From: Phascolarctobacterium succinatutens | Lineage (GTDB): Bacteria > Bacillota > Negativicutes > Acidaminococcales > Acidaminococcaceae | Direction of reading: 5' to 3' | Assembly: GCF_958453765.1 (NCBI RefSeq) | Contig: NZ_CAUDZA010000001.1 | Coordinates: forward strand, 150,675-214,674 | DNA length: 64,000 nt | Shown here: in pieces, positions 29,379-39,156 of the stretch | Layout of the letters: the number at the start of each line of letters is the position of its first letter | Numbering within the stretch: position 1 is the first letter of the stretch | Notes under the pieces: model-generated | What the model was told of the DNA's origin: nothing | The model's database searches: none | What the model saw: only the letters and a program-made list of their open reading frames with translations | Program-made: the position numbers and the translations under genes

Positions 29379-30821
29379 TTACTCGTCCTCTTCAGGAACC
29401 TCTACAACCTCTTTGATTTTATTTTTATCCAGCATTGCTACCAACAGGAAGGTAATAATGCAGATAGGCCATTCAAAGTAAATTACTTCGTTGGCAAAAA
29501 GCGGTTTGATGCCTGCCAGCGGGCTGCCGGGAACAAACCAGAGAGCGATGCCGATAAGGCTCACCAATGTAGTCCAGAAAGCAGAGCTGCGACGGCACAG
29601 GCCGGGAGCGAACATCGTAAAGAAGAACACACAGGTCAGGCCGCAGGTCATAGACAAACCGGCAATCATTGTCTTAACAATGCCTGCCGCATTGAAGGCA
29701 AACCACAGAGTAATCAGGCCGACAGCAAAAACAGACAGACGATTGATGATGACAAATTTATTTTCCGCAACAGCAGGATTAATAAAGCGTTTGTAAATAT
29801 CATTACTGAAGAGCGTAGCCGCACCCAGCAGAATAGTGCAGGCAGTAGATACATCCGCAGCCCACAAAGCAGCCAGAGTTACACCGCCGGCAAGAGGATC
29901 CAGAGTCATAACAACCTTGGGCATAGCAAGTGCAGCCTGTGCCACCGGCATTTCCGGATACATAGCCTTGCAGACAACGCCCAACACAGCGCAGATGAAG
30001 CCAACCGGGAAAATCATCAGGCCGGCCAGAACATAACCGTTGCGGGCAGCCTTGGCATTTTTCGCACCGCAGGCAATCTGTACAGGGCCCTGCGCAGTAA
30101 TAGTCTGGGTAATCATAACGATAATCCAGCCAAGAATAGTAGCAAAAGCCAGGCCTGCTACCGGACTGCCCATAACCTCGGGGTTAGGCAGCTTACTGAG
30201 CACTGCATCCCAACCGCCTACGTTGGATACAGATTGGATTGCAGAGTAGATAATACCGATATAAATCAAGGTAACGCTGACGATATTTGCCAGACCGCTG
30301 GACCAAAGACCGCCAATCAAGGTGATACCGATAAATACCACGGCACTCATAATCATACCGCCATGGAAGGAGAAAATCTCCGGCAACAGCGAGGATAAAA
30401 TCGCACCGCCTGCCATATACTGCAAAGCAGTAATAACGCACATAATGATAACCAGACCAATCGCAGCGATGGCACGGCCTTTAGTATCATAATAGAACTC
30501 AAAGAATTCCGGGATAGTAGAAACCTTCATGGAACGCAGCTTACCTGCTGCCAAAAGGCCCATAACAATAGCACCGATAGACCAGGCACCGTTATACCAG
30601 CCTGCTGCCAGACCAACACTGAAAGCACGCTGAGCTACACCTACGGTAGAAGCGGCACCGACTGCCAGACCGGTAACATTGACAGCTACCAGAATCGTGT
30701 TCAGCTTACGTCCGGCCAGCAAAAACGCTGTTGAACCCGAATCAGCCTTGTGCTTAACCCACAAGCTGATGCCAAAAAGCAACGCGATGTACACTACGAC
30801 AATTACCAACTGAATAGACAT
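29379..30821 (-). CDS. sodium:solute symporter (SSS) family transporter, first gene of the serine-dehydratase operon
   Basis: About 480 aa from MSIQLVIVVVYIALLFG; polytopic; SSS-family N-terminal architecture; the track's 5' extension is rejected. Confidence 0.75.
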   Translation of the reverse strand: MSIQLVIVVVYIALLFGISLWVKHKADSGSTAFLLAGRKLNTILVAVNVTGLAVGAASTVGVAQRAFSVGLAAGWYNGAWSIGAIVMGLLAAGKLRSMKVSTIPEFFEFYYDTKGRAIAAIGLVIIMCVITALQYMAGGAILSSLLPEIFSFHGGMIMSAVVFIGITLIGGLWSSGLANIVSVTLIYIGIIYSAIQSVSNVGGWDAVLSKLPNPEVMGSPVAGLAFATILGWIIVMITQTITAQGPVQIACGAKNAKAARNGYVLAGLMIFPVGFICAVLGVVCKAMYPEMPVAQAALAMPKVVMTLDPLAGGVTLAALWAADVSTACTILLGAATLFSNDIYKRFINPAVAENKFVIINRLSVFAVGLITLWFAFNAAGIVKTMIAGLSMTCGLTCVFFFTMFAPGLCRRSSAFWTTLVSLIGIALWFVPGSPLAGIKPLFANEVIYFEWPICIITFLLVAMLDKNKIKEVVEVPEEDE

Positions 30822-31096
30822 AAAAATTACACTACCTTTCTTCCATGCTACAAAAGCATAATACTTGTGCTGTAAGAATATAAACCATGCTACCATCCTA
30901 CAACGTACAATAATTTGTCTTATATTATACCAACTTTTTTTAGTAAATTAAAGCTCCCGCCAAAACTTTTCTGCAGCGGGAAATTTTTGAAATAAAATTT
31001 ACGTAAAATCTTTCTTGCGCAAGCGTAAGAAAAAGGATTTTATTTATTTTTGTCGAATTGTTTAATGTATGTTGTGATACAATGGAGGAAAGAAAT

Positions 31097-31336
31097 ATGT
31101 TTACTTATAAAACTAGCGGAGTCTGCTCCCGCGAGATTCATTTTGATATAGTTGACAGCAAGCTGCACAATGTAAGCTTTGACGGCGGCTGCCCTGGAAA
31201 TCTGGCTGCTATCGGCAAGCTGGTAGAAGGCAAGGACGCTAAAGCAGTTGCCGATTTGCTCAAAGGCAATGACTGCCGCGGCCGCGGCACAAGCTGCGCC
31301 GACCAATTAGCAAAAGCCATCGAAGAGCATCTGTAA
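31097..31336 (+). CDS. TSCPD-domain small protein (TIGR03905-like)
   Basis: 79 aa; MFTYKTSGVCSREIHFDIVD...VSFDGGCPGNLAAIGKLVEG...CRGRGTSCADQLAKAIEE matches the conserved TSCPD motif pattern; RBS GGAGGA. Confidence 0.7.
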   Translation: MFTYKTSGVCSREIHFDIVDSKLHNVSFDGGCPGNLAAIGKLVEGKDAKAVADLLKGNDCRGRGTSCADQLAKAIEEHL

Positions 31337-31521
31337 GCGCAGCTATTGCGACGCAGACGGTGCTTTATCGCAGTGCCAAACTTATATAGGCGTGGGAGAA
31401 AGTGCCGGATGCTAGGCAATGGCGACGACGGCGTACTTCTTGTACGTCTAGGAGCCGTTGTGACGCAGACGGTGCTTTATCGCACGTCTACATAAAGGAA
31501 GAGGAAAGGAGGAACCCTACT

Positions 31522-32472
31522 ATGTACAAAATTTTAAAAAGTACCGACCAAGGACTGGACGAGCTGGAGCTGGAACATCTGGAAAAGGGCTACTGGCTTG
31601 ACATAGTGGCTCCTTCTGTAGAAGAGCTGCAGGAAATAGCGGCAGCGACAAAAATCCAGATGGATTTTTTGAGTGCCGCACTGGACGAAGAAGAAAAATC
31701 GCGTATTGAAGTAGAAGATGACCAGATTCTGATCTTGGTCGACATCCCTTTTTTACGCAGCAATAAAGATTATGACACCCTGCCTTTAGGTATCGTAGTA
31801 ACCGAAGAAGGTATTGCCACTATCTGTTTGGAACCTAACGCCGTAACTGCAGACTTTGGCACGCACAACAGTAAAATGTTCAGCACCTTCAAAAAAACGC
31901 GCTTTTTGTTCCAGATTCTTTATAAATCCGCTACTCTCTATCTGAAATATATCCGTATCATCATCCGCCGTACGGATGAACTGGAAATTCACCTGCGCCA
32001 GTCCATGGAAAACAGCGAGCTCTTCAACCTGCTTGATCTGCAGAAGTCCTTGACCTATTTTTCCACCTCTCTGCGCAGTAATTCCATTGTACTGGAAAGA
32101 TTGCTGCGTCTGCGTAATGCGACGCAGTCCCAGCATCTTATAAAAGTATACGAAGAAGATGAGGATTTGCTGGACGATGTTATCATCGAATATAAGCAGG
32201 CTGTAGAAATGGTTGAAATGTACAGCCACATTCTTAACAGCATGATGGAAGTTTTTGCCAGCATCATCAGCAACAACCTGAACCTAGTCATGAAATTTTT
32301 GGCATCCGTCACCATTATTTTGGCGATTCCTACACTCATCAGCGGTTTGTGGGGCATGAACGTACCTGTCCCCTTTGCGGAAAACCCCTTCGGTTTCCTT
32401 ATCGTCATCAGTCTGGCGGCATGTATTGCCATCGGCACTGCCTTCCTGCTGTGGAAGAAGAGAATGTTCTGA
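31522..32472 (+). CDS. corA: CorA-family magnesium/cobalt transporter
   Basis: About 316 aa from MYKILKSTDQ (RBS GGAGG); C-terminal two TM helices carrying the GMN signature (LWGMNVPVPF). Confidence 0.85.
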   Translation: MYKILKSTDQGLDELELEHLEKGYWLDIVAPSVEELQEIAAATKIQMDFLSAALDEEEKSRIEVEDDQILILVDIPFLRSNKDYDTLPLGIVVTEEGIATICLEPNAVTADFGTHNSKMFSTFKKTRFLFQILYKSATLYLKYIRIIIRRTDELEIHLRQSMENSELFNLLDLQKSLTYFSTSLRSNSIVLERLLRLRNATQSQHLIKVYEEDEDLLDDVIIEYKQAVEMVEMYSHILNSMMEVFASIISNNLNLVMKFLASVTIILAIPTLISGLWGMNVPVPFAENPFGFLIVISLAACIAIGTAFLLWKKRMF

Positions 32473-32481
32473 GGTTAGAAA

Positions 32482-32712
32482 ATGTCTAAAGTTACGCAAG
32501 AAAAACTGCTCGCCGGAATTATTTTCGGCGACAATGATAACGAAGAATATATTTACCTGCCCGGTGGAGAGGTTGGCAGCGAAGCGCCTCTTTGCGTGCT
32601 GGAACGCGGCGGCAGCCGTGAGGACCTGCCTCTTGAAGAAGCGGCACAGCAGGTTCATCGTCTTGCGCTGCGCCCCTGTACCCATCCTCTTTGGGGCAAG
32701 CGTTCATACTAA
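32482..32712 (+). CDS. hypothetical small acidic protein (76 aa)
   Basis: ORF immediately after corA with a weak GAGG RBS; nothing supports it beyond ORF length and position. Confidence 0.3.
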   Translation: MSKVTQEKLLAGIIFGDNDNEEYIYLPGGEVGSEAPLCVLERGGSREDLPLEEAAQQVHRLALRPCTHPLWGKRSY

Positions 32713-32740
32713 ATCATAATACCGCAAGGAGGATTGCAAG

Positions 32741-34333
32741 ATGTATATCCCTAAACTGCATAAAATCTGGCTTTGTCAAAACGACAAGGGCGGTATCTAT
32801 ATGTATCCCAAAATGGCAAATCGTCACGGCCTGATTGCCGGTGCTACCGGTACAGGCAAAACCGTTACGCTCAAGGTGCTGGCAGAAAGCTTCAGTGAAA
32901 TGGGCGTACCTGTTTTTCTGGCTGATATCAAGGGCGACGTTTCCGGTATGTGCCTACCCGGTGAGGACAGCGAAGGCTTCCGCAAGCGCTTAAGAAACAA
33001 GCTGGGTCTGGAAACGGAATGGAAATTCGCCGGTTATCCGGTACGCTTCTGGGACGTTTACGGCAAGGGAGGCATTCCCGTACGCGCTACCGTTTCGGAA
33101 ATGGGACCTGATCTGCTCAGCCGTCTGCTGGAGCTGAACGAAACTCAAAGCGGTGTAATGAATATTGTTTTCCGCGTAGCAGATGACCAAGGCCTGCTGC
33201 TGTTGGATTTCAAGGATTTGCGCAGCATGGTGCAATACGTCGGTGATAACGCAGCCCAGTTCAAGACCAGCTACGGCAATATCACTCCCGCCAGCATCGG
33301 TGCTATCCAAAGAGCTTTGCTGCGTCTGGAGGATCAGGGTGCGGATATTTTCTTCGGCGAACCGGCACTTGATATCAAGGACTGGTTTGCTACGGCAGAA
33401 GACGGCCGCGGCGTTATCAATCTGCTGCACGCTACAGAACTGTTCCAACGCCCGCTGCTCTACTCCACCTTCTTGCTGTGGATGCTTTCCGAGCTCTACG
33501 AAATGATGCCGGAAGCAGGCGATTTGGATAAACCCAAGATGGTCTTCTTCTTCGACGAAGCACATCTGATTTTTAAGGATGCACCGCAATCCCTTTTGGA
33601 TAAGATTGAACAGATTGTCCGCCTCATCCGTTCCAAGGGCATCGGTATTTACTTTATCACCCAACAGCCTACAGACGTACCCGAAAGTGTACTGGCACAG
33701 CTCGGCAACAAGCTGCAGCATGCACTGCGCGCCTACACTCCCAAGGAACGCAAGAGCCTTAAAGCTACCGCACAATCCTTCCGCGAAAACCCGGCATTAG
33801 ATGCCGAAGCAGCCTTAGGCGAGCTTGGTACAGGCGAGGTGCTTGTTTCTATGCTGGACCCCGAAGGTATTCCTTCTATCGTACAGCGTGCCTATGTAAT
33901 GCCGCCGCGCAGCTATCTTGGCGTGTGCGACGATAATAAACGCCAGCAACTGATTAAGGACTGCCCGCTCTACAGCAAATATGCAGAAGCTGTTGACCGT
34001 GAATCCGCCTACGAGCTGCTGACACAAAAGGCAGAAGAGGCACATGCGGAAGCCGAAGCGGCAGCGAAGGCTGAAGCTGAAGCGAAGGAAGCAGCGCTGA
34101 GAGAAAAAGAAGAAGCTAAGCAGGCCAAGGAAGCAGAACGTGCTGCCAAAGCTGCGGAACGTGAGCGCATTGCAGCAGAACGTGCTGCTCAAAGAAGCAG
34201 CGGCCGCCAAACCAAGAGCGTGTTGGACAAGGTATTTGACAGCGCCGTTAATTCCGCTACCCGCACAGTCGGCAGCCAAATCGGCAGCAAGCTGGTACGC
34301 GGTATTTTAGGAAGTCTTTTTAAAGGTAAATAA
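32741..34333 (+). CDS. DUF853-family NTPase (YjgR/HerA-like P-loop ATPase) with a C-terminal Lys/Ala/Glu-rich coiled tail
   Basis: 530 aa; Walker A GATGTGKT near the N-terminus; Walker B/DE ([11 protein letters not shown]); C-terminus [34 protein letters not shown]; RBS AAGGAGGA. Confidence 0.7.
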   Translation: MYIPKLHKIWLCQNDKGGIYMYPKMANRHGLIAGATGTGKTVTLKVLAESFSEMGVPVFLADIKGDVSGMCLPGEDSEGFRKRLRNKLGLETEWKFAGYPVRFWDVYGKGGIPVRATVSEMGPDLLSRLLELNETQSGVMNIVFRVADDQGLLLLDFKDLRSMVQYVGDNAAQFKTSYGNITPASIGAIQRALLRLEDQGADIFFGEPALDIKDWFATAEDGRGVINLLHATELFQRPLLYSTFLLWMLSELYEMMPEAGDLDKPKMVFFFDEAHLIFKDAPQSLLDKIEQIVRLIRSKGIGIYFITQQPTDVPESVLAQLGNKLQHALRAYTPKERKSLKATAQSFRENPALDAEAALGELGTGEVLVSMLDPEGIPSIVQRAYVMPPRSYLGVCDDNKRQQLIKDCPLYSKYAEAVDRESAYELLTQKAEEAHAEAEAAAKAEAEAKEAALREKEEAKQAKEAERAAKAAERERIAAERAAQRSSGRQTKSVLDKVFDSAVNSATRTVGSQIGSKLVRGILGSLFKGK

Positions 34334-34397
34334 AAAAATTCAGGACTGACGCACAGCCAAGGCGTCAGTCCTTTTAGTTTAGACATAAAAGCTATAA

Positions 34398-34745
34398 TTA
34401 TTTTTTGATTACCAGAGCCTGCAGCAGCAAATCCTCGGCAGCATCTGCCGGATTACCGATAGCATGGCCTTCACCGCTGGGACAGTGCACCTTGTCACCT
34501 GCGTGCAGCGTTATTGCCTTACCGTTATCATTGTACTCGGCAGTTCCCTGCAGCACTACGATAGTTTCACTGTTGCCGTCATGGATATGATAGCCAAGGC
34601 TGCAGCCCGGTTTAAGAATTACCTTAGCGTACATTACTACGCTGTCATTAAGCATGCTTTCGTCAAGATAATGTTCAATAATTACGTCACCATTTCCACC
34701 GAAGCGGTTGGCACAGATATCTGTTTTGCTGTTTGTTATTTTCAT
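34398..34745 (-). CDS. cupin-domain protein
   Basis: About 115 aa from MKITNSK; cupin motifs G(x)5HxH(x)4E...G(x)5PxG(x)2H (GYHIHDGNSETIVVLQG...HCPSGEGHA). Confidence 0.7.
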   Translation of the reverse strand: MKITNSKTDICANRFGGNGDVIIEHYLDESMLNDSVVMYAKVILKPGCSLGYHIHDGNSETIVVLQGTAEYNDNGKAITLHAGDKVHCPSGEGHAIGNPADAAEDLLLQALVIKK

Positions 34746-34838
34746 AAGCAAAGCCCCCTCTTTTTTTACTGCTTCCATTATATGCCTATTTCGTGCTGCA
34801 GGCAAATATTTCTCTGCCAGCATATATAAGTTATCTCC

Positions 34839-34867
34839 TTGACACTTACTGACAAAAACATTATACT
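34839..34867 (+). promoter_or_regulatory. promoter of the thiSFGHE operon
   Basis: TTGACA - 17 nt - TATACT. Confidence 0.6.
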
Positions 34868-34913
34868 TATGCTAACAACTTCATTAACAAAGCTTAGAGT
34901 GAGTCTGAAATTT

Positions 34914-34967
34914 AGCTCATGAAGGGGTACACCACCACGGGTGTAGCTTTTTCATGAGCTTTTTTTA
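34914..34967 (+). promoter_or_regulatory. terminator-like leader hairpin (putative attenuator) before thiS
   Basis: 10-bp stem agctcatgaa/ttcatgagct enclosing a nested ggtgtac-type stem, followed by TTTTTTT, only about 20 nt before the thiS RBS. Confidence 0.5.
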
Positions 34968-34987
34968 TTACCCGAAAGGAGAAAATC

Positions 34988-35182
34988 ATGCTTATCAACG
35001 GAGAAGAAAAGGCCTTAGGCTGCCCCATCGCTCTCAGCGAGCTGCTTACGCAGCTCGGCTATCGCACTGCGTTTGTTGCCGTAGAACTTAACGGCAATAT
35101 CATCAAGCAGGCGGATTTTGGCAGTACAACAATTACCGACGCCGATAAATTGGAAATTGTCAGCTTTGTAGGAGGTGGCTGA
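34988..35182 (+). CDS. thiS: sulfur carrier protein ThiS
   Basis: 64 aa ubiquitin-like protein ending in GG. Confidence 0.85.
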   Translation: MLINGEEKALGCPIALSELLTQLGYRTAFVAVELNGNIIKQADFGSTTITDADKLEIVSFVGGG

Positions 35183-35812
35183 ATGATTAGCAAGGAGGAA
35201 ATAAACGCAGCACTTGGCAAAGGACTGACACAGGCGCAGCTTGACGCTCTGCATAACGCGCGCGTTGCTGTCGTCGGCCTCGGCGGACTCGGCAGCAATA
35301 TAGCAGTCGCCTTAACACGTCTTGGCATAGCTCAGCTTTATCTTTATGATTTCGACAAGGTAGAGCTTTCCAATCTCAACCGTCAATATTATTTTCTTGA
35401 TGATATAGGGCAATACAAAGCAGACGCCCTTGTGAAGCATTTGCGCCAGATAAACCCCTACGCAGCTTTGCATTCGCAGGTAGTCAAGGTAACTCAGGAA
35501 AATATCCCCACGCTTTTAGGTGACTGTGACATCATCTGCGAAGCGCTTGATGATGCTGCCGGCAAGGCTATGCTCGTGAGCACTGTATTGAGTACCTGGA
35601 GCGATAAAAAGGTTATCGCCGGCAGCGGCATTGCAGGCTTCGGCAAAGCAGAAGAAATCACCAGTAAAAAAATCACAAAAAATCTTTATCTTTGCGGCGA
35701 CGGCAGCAGCGATTTTCACGATTTACCGCTCTGCGGTGCGCGCGTCGCGCTCTGCGCCATGCAGCAGGCACTGCTTGCTGCACGCATTATTTTAAACTTG
35801 GAGGAGAATTAA
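35183..35812 (+). CDS. thiF: ThiS adenylyltransferase ThiF
   Basis: 209 aa E1-like protein; [21 protein letters not shown] Rossmann motif. Confidence 0.85.
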   Translation: MISKEEINAALGKGLTQAQLDALHNARVAVVGLGGLGSNIAVALTRLGIAQLYLYDFDKVELSNLNRQYYFLDDIGQYKADALVKHLRQINPYAALHSQVVKVTQENIPTLLGDCDIICEALDDAAGKAMLVSTVLSTWSDKKVIAGSGIAGFGKAEEITSKKITKNLYLCGDGSSDFHDLPLCGARVALCAMQQALLAARIILNLEEN

Positions 35813-35813
35813 A

Positions 35814-36581
35814 ATGACTAACGATACATGGACTTTAGGCGGACACGAATTTCATTCCCGTTTTATTTTAGGCAGCGGCAAATATTCGCTGGACTTAATC
35901 AAAGCAGCCGTAGAGCAGGCCGGTGCGGAAATCCTTACGCTCGCTCTGCGCCGCGCCAACAGCGGCGCTCTTGCCAACATTCTTGATTACGTGCCGGAAA
36001 ACGTCACCTTGCTGCCCAACACCAGTGGTGCACGCAACGCCGAAGAAGCAGTGCGCATCGCCCGCCTCGCACGCGAGCTTTGCCACACCGACTTTGTAAA
36101 AATCGAAGTAATCAAAGACAGCAAATACCTGCTTCCCGACAACCATGAAACCCTCAAGGCAACAGAAATTCTTGCCAAAGAAGGCTTCATCGTTATGCCC
36201 TATATGTACCCTGATCTGCAAAGTGCACGTGACATGCGTGACGCCGGTGCTGCCTGCATCATGCCGCTGGGTGCACCGATTGGCAGCAACAAGGGCCTTT
36301 GCACCAAGGACTTTATCCAAATCTTAATCAACGAAATCTACCTGCCGATTATTGTCGACGCAGGCATCGGCAAACCGTCACAGGCCTGCGAAGCTATGGA
36401 AATGGGCGCAGCGGCTATCATGGCGAACACCGCGATTGCCAGCGCCGGCAACCTGCCGCTCATGGCCAGTGCCTTCCGCGATGCCATCAACGCCGGCCGC
36501 AAGGCTTATCTTGCAGGCTGCGGCAGTGTCCGTGATGCAGCCTGCGCCAGCTCCCCGCTGACAGGCTTTTTGCATGATTGA
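35814..36581 (+). CDS. thiG: thiazole synthase
   Basis: 255 aa TIM-barrel; ...[10 protein letters not shown]...VMPY...DAGIG... Confidence 0.9.
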   Translation: MTNDTWTLGGHEFHSRFILGSGKYSLDLIKAAVEQAGAEILTLALRRANSGALANILDYVPENVTLLPNTSGARNAEEAVRIARLARELCHTDFVKIEVIKDSKYLLPDNHETLKATEILAKEGFIVMPYMYPDLQSARDMRDAGAACIMPLGAPIGSNKGLCTKDFIQILINEIYLPIIVDAGIGKPSQACEAMEMGAAAIMANTAIASAGNLPLMASAFRDAINAGRKAYLAGCGSVRDAACASSPLTGFLHD

Positions 36582-36590
36582 GGTGACAGC

Positions 36591-37808
36591 ATGAAGAACG
36601 AAGATAAATTTTTTAACAACAGTATTTATGATGAGCAGGCAGCAGCCTTCAGCGAAAAACAGCTGACCGATCCGATGCAGTATCAGGAAGGCATGGAAAT
36701 TATCGACTCCGATATTTTTGACAAGGTGCAGACTGCCCGTGCTACTTACGATTACAACCAATACACTGAAGCAGACGTGCTTGCAGCCCTCGCTCACAGC
36801 GAGCGTACGCCCGATGACTTCGCGGCCCTGCTTTCGCCTGCTGCTCTGCCTCTTTTAGAGGAAATTGCCCACGCCGCACAAATTGAGCGCCAGCGTTACT
36901 TCGGCAATAACGTTACCTTTTTCACCCCGCTGTACATTGCCAACTACTGCGAAAACTACTGCATCTACTGCGGCTTCAACAGTCACAATAAAATTCAGCG
37001 CGCCTGCCTGAGCAGCGAGCAGATTGCTGCCGAAATGCAGGCCATCGCCGCCACCGGCCAGCAGGAAATCCTTATTCTTACCGGCGAAAGCCGCAAGATG
37101 AGCGACGTGCATTACATCGGTGAAGCCTGCAAGCAAGCCCGCCAATACTTTAAGGTTGTCGGCGTAGAGATTTATCCGCTCAACAGCGATGAATATGCTT
37201 ACCTGCATGAATGCGGCGTGGATTACGTAACTGTTTTCCAGGAAACATATAACAAGGATAAATACGCACAACTGCATCTGGCAGGTCATAAGCGCATCTT
37301 CCCATACCGCTTTTACGCACAGGAGCGTGCACTGCGCGGCAAGATGCGTGGCGTCGGCTTCGCCGCTCTGCTCGGCCTCGACGACTTCCGTCGCGACGCC
37401 ATCGCTACCGGCCTGCATGCCTACCTGCTGCAAAAGAAATATCCGCATGCGGAAATCGCCTTCTCCTGCCCCCGCCTGCGCCCCATCATCAACAATGACA
37501 AGATTAAACCGATGGACGTGCACGAACGTCAGCTGCTGCAGGTTGTCTGTGCCTACCGCCTGTTCATGCCCTTCGCCTCGATTACCGTTTCCAGCCGCGA
37601 ATGCGCGCGCGTACGTGATAACCTGATGCTCATTGCCGCCAACAAGATTTCCGCCGGCGTCAACACAGGCATCGGTGCGCACAGTAAAAAGCAGGAGCTT
37701 GGTGACGAGCAGTTTGAGATTGATGACAGCAGAAGCCTGCAGGAAATCTACGATGCCCTGCTGAAAATCGGCCTGCAGCCTGTAATGTCGGAGTACGTTT
37801 ATGTCTGA
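36591..37808 (+). CDS. thiH: 2-iminoacetate synthase (radical SAM tyrosine lyase)
   Basis: 405 aa; radical SAM CxxxCxxC (CENYCIYCGF). Confidence 0.85.
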   Translation: MKNEDKFFNNSIYDEQAAAFSEKQLTDPMQYQEGMEIIDSDIFDKVQTARATYDYNQYTEADVLAALAHSERTPDDFAALLSPAALPLLEEIAHAAQIERQRYFGNNVTFFTPLYIANYCENYCIYCGFNSHNKIQRACLSSEQIAAEMQAIAATGQQEILILTGESRKMSDVHYIGEACKQARQYFKVVGVEIYPLNSDEYAYLHECGVDYVTVFQETYNKDKYAQLHLAGHKRIFPYRFYAQERALRGKMRGVGFAALLGLDDFRRDAIATGLHAYLLQKKYPHAEIAFSCPRLRPIINNDKIKPMDVHERQLLQVVCAYRLFMPFASITVSSRECARVRDNLMLIAANKISAGVNTGIGAHSKKQELGDEQFEIDDSRSLQEIYDALLKIGLQPVMSEYVYV

Positions 37809-38379
37809 GCTGCCGCTGATTGCCGTTACGGACAGCGCCAGCTGTCCCCGTCCGCTAGCTGAGCAAATAGAGCGTCTGACAAAGCTGACGGAGCTGCGTC
37901 CGCAGGCTGTCATCCTGCGTGCGAAGTCTTTAGATAAAGCAGCCTATTGCACGCTTGCGCTGCAAGCACAGCAAAGCTGCGAAGCTGCAGGTATACCGCT
38001 CATTTTGCACAGCGATTGGCAGCTGGCACGCGAGCTTGGCATAAGCATGCTGCATCTGCCGCTGGCACTTCTGCGACAAATATCGGAGTACGAGCGTGCG
38101 TATTTCACCTGGCTCTCCACCTCCGTTCACAGCGTAGGTGAAGCGCAGGAAGCGCAGGCGTTAGGCGCCACCATGCTTATCGCCGGGCACATCTACACTA
38201 CTCAGTGCAAGGCAGGTCTTGCACCGCGCGGACTTGGCTTTCTGCGGGCTGTCTGCAGCACTGTAAACTTGCCGGTTTACGCTATCGGCGGCATCAGTTT
38301 CGATGCTTCGCAGCACGCCGAACTTCAAGCTAATGGAGCACGCGGAGCGTGCGTAATGAGTGCTTATATGAGGATATAA
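37801..38379 (+). CDS. thiE: thiamine-phosphate synthase
   Basis: 192 aa TMP-TENI fold protein at the end of the thi operon. Confidence 0.8.
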   Translation: MSELPLIAVTDSASCPRPLAEQIERLTKLTELRPQAVILRAKSLDKAAYCTLALQAQQSCEAAGIPLILHSDWQLARELGISMLHLPLALLRQISEYERAYFTWLSTSVHSVGEAQEAQALGATMLIAGHIYTTQCKAGLAPRGLGFLRAVCSTVNLPVYAIGGISFDASQHAELQANGARGACVMSAYMRI

Positions 38380-38419
38380 TAATGCTTGGTAAAAGTTGTG
38401 CAAAATCATCCTGCAAAAT

Positions 38420-38448
38420 TTGACATCGGCCTCCATAACATCTATGAT
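38420..38448 (+). promoter_or_regulatory. promoter of ppa
   Basis: TTGACA - 17 nt - TATGAT. Confidence 0.55.
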
Positions 38449-38514
38449 TAAGAGAGGAATTTGTAAGCAACATATTTATTTCTGTCCCAAAACACAAGAG
38501 GAGGCAAACACGAA

Positions 38515-39048
38515 ATGACTATGAATATCTGGCATGACATTGACCCCAAACGTATCTCTCCTGACGATTTTATTGCAGTTATCGAAATTCCCAAAGGCTG
38601 CAAGGTAAAGTACGAGCTGGACAAGGAAACCGGCCTGCTCAAAATGGACCGCATCCTGTACACCGCAACTCACTATCCTGCAAACTACGGCTTTATTCCC
38701 CGTACCTATGCAGCAGATAACGACCCGCTGGACGTATTGGTTTTATGCTCCGAAAACGTTGTACCGATGACCTTGATGCGCTGCTACCCCATCGGCGTTA
38801 TCATCATGGAGGACAGTGGTGATATGGACGAAAAAATCATTGCGATCCCCTTCGGCGACCCGATGTATAATTCCTACAAATCCATCAGCGAGCTGCCGCA
38901 GCATATCAGCGATGAAATGATTCACTTCTTCAGCGTGTATAAATCACTTGAAGGCAAAAGCACCGCTCTTGAAGAGGCGCATGACGTAGACAAAGCAAAG
39001 GAAATTATCAAGCAGTGCCAACAGCGCTATAAAGATACCTTTTGCTGA
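38515..39048 (+). CDS. ppa: inorganic pyrophosphatase (family I)
   Basis: 177 aa; ...[19 protein letters not shown]...DPLDVLVL... family-I PPase signature. Confidence 0.92.
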   Translation: MTMNIWHDIDPKRISPDDFIAVIEIPKGCKVKYELDKETGLLKMDRILYTATHYPANYGFIPRTYAADNDPLDVLVLCSENVVPMTLMRCYPIGVIIMEDSGDMDEKIIAIPFGDPMYNSYKSISELPQHISDEMIHFFSVYKSLEGKSTALEEAHDVDKAKEIIKQCQQRYKDTFC

Positions 39049-39156
39049 AAATTAAAAGCATAAAAAAGGACTGCCTTTCGCAAATGCGTCCAGCAGCCAT
39101 AAAATAAGGGAAAGCGTATTTAGTTAAGAAGCAGCGGCTCACGCCAATGCTTCTTT

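Noticed and set aside
31337-31521. M-box (Mg2+) riboswitch upstream of corA
   Set aside because: The leader sequence does not resemble the M-box consensus as I recall it. It is reported as an unexplained repeat-containing leader.
32482-32712. 76-aa ORF after corA
   Set aside because: Not rejected outright but kept at low confidence: weak RBS, no recognisable motif, acidic low-complexity composition. It could be a spurious ORF in a 270-nt spacer.
34824-34987. Expected TPP riboswitch upstream of thiS
   Set aside because: I could not find the conserved CUGAGA and ACCUGAUCUGGAUAAUGCC...GCGUAGGGA blocks. Only a promoter and a terminator-like hairpin are visible. It is reported as a finding, not called a riboswitch, and an Infernal RF00059 scan is needed.
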